Source: Odoribacteraceae bacterium (GTDB lineage: Bacteria > Bacteroidota > Bacteroidia > Bacteroidales > Marinifilaceae). From it: DNA of 38,308 nt. The stretch is from positions 1 through 38,308 of the forward strand of contig JAITJA010000214.1 in NCBI GenBank assembly GCA_031279175.1, in the 5' to 3' direction. The notes under the pieces were generated by a model. That model had not been told where the DNA came from. It saw nothing but the letters and a program-made list of their open reading frames with translations, and did no database searches. The position numbers and the translations under genes are program-made. Below are positions 34,149 through 38,308 of the stretch, piece after piece. Position 1 is the stretch's first letter; the number at the start of each line of letters is the position of its first letter.

Positions 34149-37100
34149 AGAGGAAATGGATGATAGCCGCGAGGGTGGCTCATTTTTGGTTTTTCGCGTT
34201 GTTGGTTTTCCCGGCGATGGCCGGTTTGACGCAACCGCGGATGACGGCGCGCTTCGATAACAGGACACTGGAGGAGGTGCTGCAAGAGATCAAGAGACAA
34301 GCGGGCGTGTATTTCATGTATAACACGCTTCAGGTAAACGGGAAGACGCGGGTGACGGTCGAGTTGCGCGACGCGGCGCTCGAGGAGGCGCTCGAGATCG
34401 TGTTGCGCGATCTCCCGTACGCGTACCGGCAGGAGAACGAGTACGTGCTGCTGTTTCCCCGGGCGAGTGAACAGGCGCGTCCTTACCCGGTGATTACCGG
34501 CGTGGTACAGGACGAGCGCGGTCTGCCGCTCCCGCGCGCCACGGTTCTCTTGAAGGGTACGACTACCGGCACGATCGCTGACGCGGAAGGGAGGTTTCGC
34601 CTGGCTGTACCGCCGGGGGTGGGCGCGACGCTGGTGATTTCGTTCGTGGGGATGGAGAACGCGGAGGTGACGGTGGATGTCGCGGCCGAGGGGGAGGAGT
34701 TGAAGCCGTTGACCGTGCGGATGAAGGAGAAGATGCGGGAGCTGGAAGACGTGGTGGTAACGGGATTGTTCACGCGTCGACGGGAGAGCTTCACGGGAAG
34801 TGCATCGACGTTCACGCGCGAGGATTTGAAGCGGCTCGGGAACGGGAATTTGCTGAATAGCTTGAAGAACCTGGATCCCGCCTTCGTGATCGCGGAGAAC
34901 CTGGACGCCGGGTCTGACCCGAATCGTCTCCCGGAGATCCAGCTGCGCGGCAATTCTTCTTTTCCCGACCTGAAGGGGGAGTATAGCGGTAACCCGAACG
35001 AGCCGTTGTTTATCCTGGATGGCTTCCCGGTTTCCGCGACGCAGGTGTATGATCTCGACGTGAATCGTATCGCTTCCGTGACGCTGCTGAAGGACGCGGC
35101 GGCAAAGGCGATCTACGGGTCGAAGGCTGCTAACGGCGTGGTGGTGGTGGAGACGATCCCCCCGGCAGAGGGCGAGATTCGCTTTTCTTATACCGGGGAC
35201 CTGAACTGGCAGTCGCCTGACTTGAGTTTTTACGATTTGTGTAACGCGGTCGAGAAGTTGCAAGTGGAGGAGAACGCCGGGAGATATACCTCCACGGCCC
35301 CGGTCGCGAACCAGTTTCTCCGTGAACAATATAACGAGGTTCTGAAGAACGTGACCGCCGGCGTGAACACGTATTGGCTCTCCAAGCCGTTGCGTGAAGG
35401 GATCGGGCAGAAGCACGCGGTGCGCCTGGAAGGAGGCGACGCGATCATGAAGTATGGTATCGACTTTTCATATAATAACGTCGCCGGGGTGATGAAGGGA
35501 TCTGATCGCGAGACGATCTCCGGCTCGATAAACTTGTCGTACCGCCACGCGGCGTTTATCTTTAGAAACGTGTTGAGCGCCTCCTTTAACCGCGCGGATG
35601 ACTCCCCGTATGGCAGTTTCTCGGAGTACGCGCGGCTGAATCCTTACTGGACCGTGAACGACGAGAACGGGAATCTGAAGAAGGTGCTGGGCACGTTCCA
35701 GTCATCCGCGAGCGGAACGGCAACACCTTATTATAACCCGCTATATAACGCGACCGTCGGGACGAAGAACTTTTCCAAGTACGCGAGTATCATCGAGAAC
35801 TTCTACGTCGAGTGGGAGGTGCTCGAGAACCTTCGCCTGATCGGTCGCTTCGGCTTCACGTATACCTCCGACCGGCGAGAGGATTTCTACCCGGGCGATC
35901 ACACGCGATACGCCACGTGGACGGGGGACGCGTATTTCAAACGCGGCTCGTACGCGATTACCGACCAGGAGTCTAAATCACTCAGTGCCGACGTGACCGC
36001 GAATTATTCTCTCCGGAAGGCGAATCACTTGCTCTTCGCGAACGCGGCGTGGAGCCTGGCAAGTAATGACGCTGACGCGCACGGGATGGAAGCGCAAGGG
36101 TTCTTGAATAATCGCGTTGATCACGTCACCTTTGCCAAGCAGTACCTCGAGAACGGGAAGCCTTCCGGGAATGAATCGATCTCGAGAGAGATCGGGATCA
36201 CCGGCGCGATCAATTACTCGTATGATGATCGCTACCTGGCCGATCTCAGCGTCCGCACGAATGCCTCCTCCGTCTTCGGGAAGAACTCGCGATGGGGCAC
36301 GTTCTGGTCGGTCGGGGTAGGATGGAACTTGCACCACGAGGGCTTCCTTGAAAATTCCCCCGTGAAACAACTGAAGATAAGGGGATCGGTCGGGTCTACC
36401 GGGAGTCAAAGTTTTAACCCGTACCAGGCCTTGCGAACGTATCGCTTCCTGACCGATAGGACGTATGATAATATCTCGGGCGCTTACCTGATCGCGCTGG
36501 CAAACGATAGGCTGCAATGGCAGCAAACTGTCGATTATAACGCTGGGGTGGACGCGCAGTTGTTCAATCGGCTGAGCTTGCGTCTTGACGCGTATATCAG
36601 CCGGACAAACAATTTGCTGATCGATTTCACGCTCCCTACCTCTACCGGTTTCTCTTCCTTCAAGGAGAATCTCGGCGAGATCGAGAACAGGGGGTTCGAT
36701 GCTGTCGCGAACTGGCAATTGTACCGCGACCCGGGTAGCGCGTCTTTCGTGTCGTTGCAGGCTTCCGTGGGACATAATTCCAGCAAGATCGTCCATATCG
36801 CCGACGCTCTCAAGGCACTGAATGACGAGCAGGACGCGCGGACGGATAATTTGACGCTCCCGCTAACCCGCTTCGCGGAAGGACAATCCTTGAGCGCGAT
36901 CTGGGCCGTGCGCTCGCTGGGAATCGATCCCGTGAACGGGAGGGAGTTGTTTGTCACCAGCGAGGGGACAACAACCTACACGTGGGATACCGCGGATCAG
37001 GTTATAGGCGGGGATTCTAATCCAAAATACCGGGGGAATGTCGGCGTCACGTCGGAATACCGTGGGATCGGGCTTTCGTGTTCCTTTAGCTACCAGTGGG

Positions 37101-37474
37101 GCGAGGATTATTATAACTCGACTCTCGTCTCCCGCGTCGAGAACGTGGACGTGGCCTATAATGTTGACCGACGCGTCTTCGAAGGCACGTGGCAACAGGC
37201 CGGGGATCATACGTTCTTTAAGCGAATTACCAGCACGCCAACAACGACCCGGCCAACAACGCGCTTTATCGAGAAGAAGAACGAGTTGTCGCTGGCCGCC
37301 CTGCACCTTTATTACGATTTCAAGCAGGCGCTGCTCGAGAAATATGGCGTCGAGCGCTTGAAATGCTCTTTTTACATGAATGACGTCTTCAAGGTCTCCA
37401 CGGTACAAACCGAGCGCGGCCTGAGTTACCCGTTTGCCCGTTCTTTCTCGTTCGCGCTGACGGCCACTTTTTAA
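34145..37474 (+). CDS. SusC/RagA-family TonB-dependent transducer with an N-terminal STN signalling domain
   Basis: The STN domain reads FDNRTLEEVLQEIKRQAGVYFMYN...ALEIVLRDLPYAYRQENEYVLL. A CarboxypepD_reg-like domain (ITGVVQDERGLPLPRATVLLKG) and a plug (DPNRLPEIQLRGNSS...FILDGFP) follow. The barrel ends in F. It is a paralog of the gene at 21021-24389. Confidence 0.93.
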   Translation: MKRKWMIAARVAHFWFFALLVFPAMAGLTQPRMTARFDNRTLEEVLQEIKRQAGVYFMYNTLQVNGKTRVTVELRDAALEEALEIVLRDLPYAYRQENEYVLLFPRASEQARPYPVITGVVQDERGLPLPRATVLLKGTTTGTIADAEGRFRLAVPPGVGATLVISFVGMENAEVTVDVAAEGEELKPLTVRMKEKMRELEDVVVTGLFTRRRESFTGSASTFTREDLKRLGNGNLLNSLKNLDPAFVIAENLDAGSDPNRLPEIQLRGNSSFPDLKGEYSGNPNEPLFILDGFPVSATQVYDLDVNRIASVTLLKDAAAKAIYGSKAANGVVVVETIPPAEGEIRFSYTGDLNWQSPDLSFYDLCNAVEKLQVEENAGRYTSTAPVANQFLREQYNEVLKNVTAGVNTYWLSKPLREGIGQKHAVRLEGGDAIMKYGIDFSYNNVAGVMKGSDRETISGSINLSYRHAAFIFRNVLSASFNRADDSPYGSFSEYARLNPYWTVNDENGNLKKVLGTFQSSASGTATPYYNPLYNATVGTKNFSKYASIIENFYVEWEVLENLRLIGRFGFTYTSDRREDFYPGDHTRYATWTGDAYFKRGSYAITDQESKSLSADVTANYSLRKANHLLFANAAWSLASNDADAHGMEAQGFLNNRVDHVTFAKQYLENGKPSGNESISREIGITGAINYSYDDRYLADLSVRTNASSVFGKNSRWGTFWSVGVGWNLHHEGFLENSPVKQLKIRGSVGSTGSQSFNPYQALRTYRFLTDRTYDNISGAYLIALANDRLQWQQTVDYNAGVDAQLFNRLSLRLDAYISRTNNLLIDFTLPTSTGFSSFKENLGEIENRGFDAVANWQLYRDPGSASFVSLQASVGHNSSKIVHIADALKALNDEQDARTDNLTLPLTRFAEGQSLSAIWAVRSLGIDPVNGRELFVTSEGTTTYTWDTADQVIGGDSNPKYRGNVGVTSEYRGIGLSCSFSYQWGEDYYNSTLVSRVENVDVAYNVDRRVFEGTWQQAGDHTFFKRITSTPTTTRPTTRFIEKKNELSLAALHLYYDFKQALLEKYGVERLKCSFYMNDVFKVSTVQTERGLSYPFARSFSFALTATF

Positions 37475-37492
37475 CCATTAATCAACGTACAC

Positions 37493-38308
37493 ATGAAATA
37501 CAATATACTTATCGCGTTCACGCTCTTGTTCCCGCTTGCCTCGTGCTCCGACTGGCTGGATGTCGAGCCTCGTTCACAGGTTAAGGACGCGGAGCTGTTC
37601 TCCACGGAGGCAGGATTCAAGGAGGCGCTTGCCGGGGTTTACGCGTTGCTCGTGACAGAGGCGCTTTACGTGAAAGAGATGCGCTTCGGGATGTTGGGCG
37701 TCCTGGGGCACGAGTGGGATTACCAGAACACCTCGTACGAGGACGAAACTACTTATAATTACGACGGGACGAACCCGACAAATCGCGTCGGGAATATCTG
37801 GAACGGCTTGTATAATGCCATCGCGAACGCGAACGTGATCCTCGAGGTGATCGACGAGAAGAAGAATGTCTTCTCGGGGGTCAATTACGCGATCATCAAG
37901 GGCGAGGCACTGGCCTTGCGGGCCTTCATGCACTTCGACCTGCTCCGGTGCTTCGGGGCAGCGTACGCGGATGGCGCTAACCGGCCTTCGATCCCTTACG
38001 TTTCCCGTTACACGTCGCTGCAATCCGCGCAACTGACCGTCGCGGAGGTCGTCGAAAAAGTGCTTGTTGATTTGGATAGTGCCGCGTTTTACCTGGAGGC
38101 CGACCCGATCTATACCGGGGAGGAGATTACCGAGCTTGTCGATAACGGGTACTTGATCAACAGGCAGCTGCACTTGAATTATTACGCCGTGAGGGGGCTA
38201 CAAGCCCGCGTGTATCTCTATAAAGAGGAGTACACGCTGGCGGCAGCACACGCGCGGGAGGTGATCCTCTCCGGTCTCTTCCCGTGGAGCTCCCAGCAGG
38301 ATCTTATC
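37493..38308 (+). CDS. SusD/RagB-family lipoprotein, 5' partial (runs off the window; not in the ORF track)
   Basis: My own translation from the ATG at 37493 gives MKYNILIAFTLLFPLASCSDWLDVEPRSQVKDAELFSTEAGFKEALAGVYALL...NYAIIKGEALALRAFMHFDLLRCFG. The frame stays open to the last base. Confidence 0.88.
   Translation, partial: MKYNILIAFTLLFPLASCSDWLDVEPRSQVKDAELFSTEAGFKEALAGVYALLVTEALYVKEMRFGMLGVLGHEWDYQNTSYEDETTYNYDGTNPTNRVGNIWNGLYNAIANANVILEVIDEKKNVFSGVNYAIIKGEALALRAFMHFDLLRCFGAAYADGANRPSIPYVSRYTSLQSAQLTVAEVVEKVLVDLDSAAFYLEADPIYTGEEITELVDNGYLINRQLHLNYYAVRGLQARVYLYKEEYTLAAAHAREVILSGLFPWSSQQDLI

Overview
GC-rich chromosomal segment that looks Bacteroidota (Bacteroidales-like), judged from SusC/SusD pairs, FecR/ECF regulators, DUF1573/DUF4843-type lipoproteins and TAnnTTTG promoter boxes. 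The taxon call is inference. Most of the window is housekeeping: mutS2, an S41 Ctp protease, nth, a P1B-type heavy-metal ATPase, dxs, pyrH, NfeD, tilS, an LtaS-like sulfatase-fold protein, glyA, murB and an acyl-ACP thioesterase. Two paralogous SusC/SusD-type outer-membrane uptake loci point away from each other, each with trans-envelope signalling parts (STN-domain SusC plus FecR anti-sigma). Locus 1 (17241-25607, minus strand) is FecR-SusC-SusD-DUF4843-like-PKD-like; it has no adjacent ECF sigma and no glycoside hydrolase. Locus 2 (32303 to the window end, plus strand) is ECF sigma-FecR-SusC-SusD and is cut by the window edge. The least expected signals are non-genic. There are three exactly phased tandem arrays of dyad-symmetric units: 21-bp units at 1-251, 42-bp units at 16887-17155 in the tilS 3' region, and 21-bp-phased GTGACGTCAC palindromes at 32021-32202 upstream of the ECF sigma gene. 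Other points of note are a 3' remnant of glutamate synthase gltB fused behind mutS2, two orphan hypothetical proteins (one with an N-terminal CX3CX2CX5C cluster), and a long low-GC non-coding stretch. I recognised no rRNA, tRNA, CRISPR array, transposase, integrase or known defence gene. All product calls rest on motifs I recognise in the supplied translations; no database search was run.
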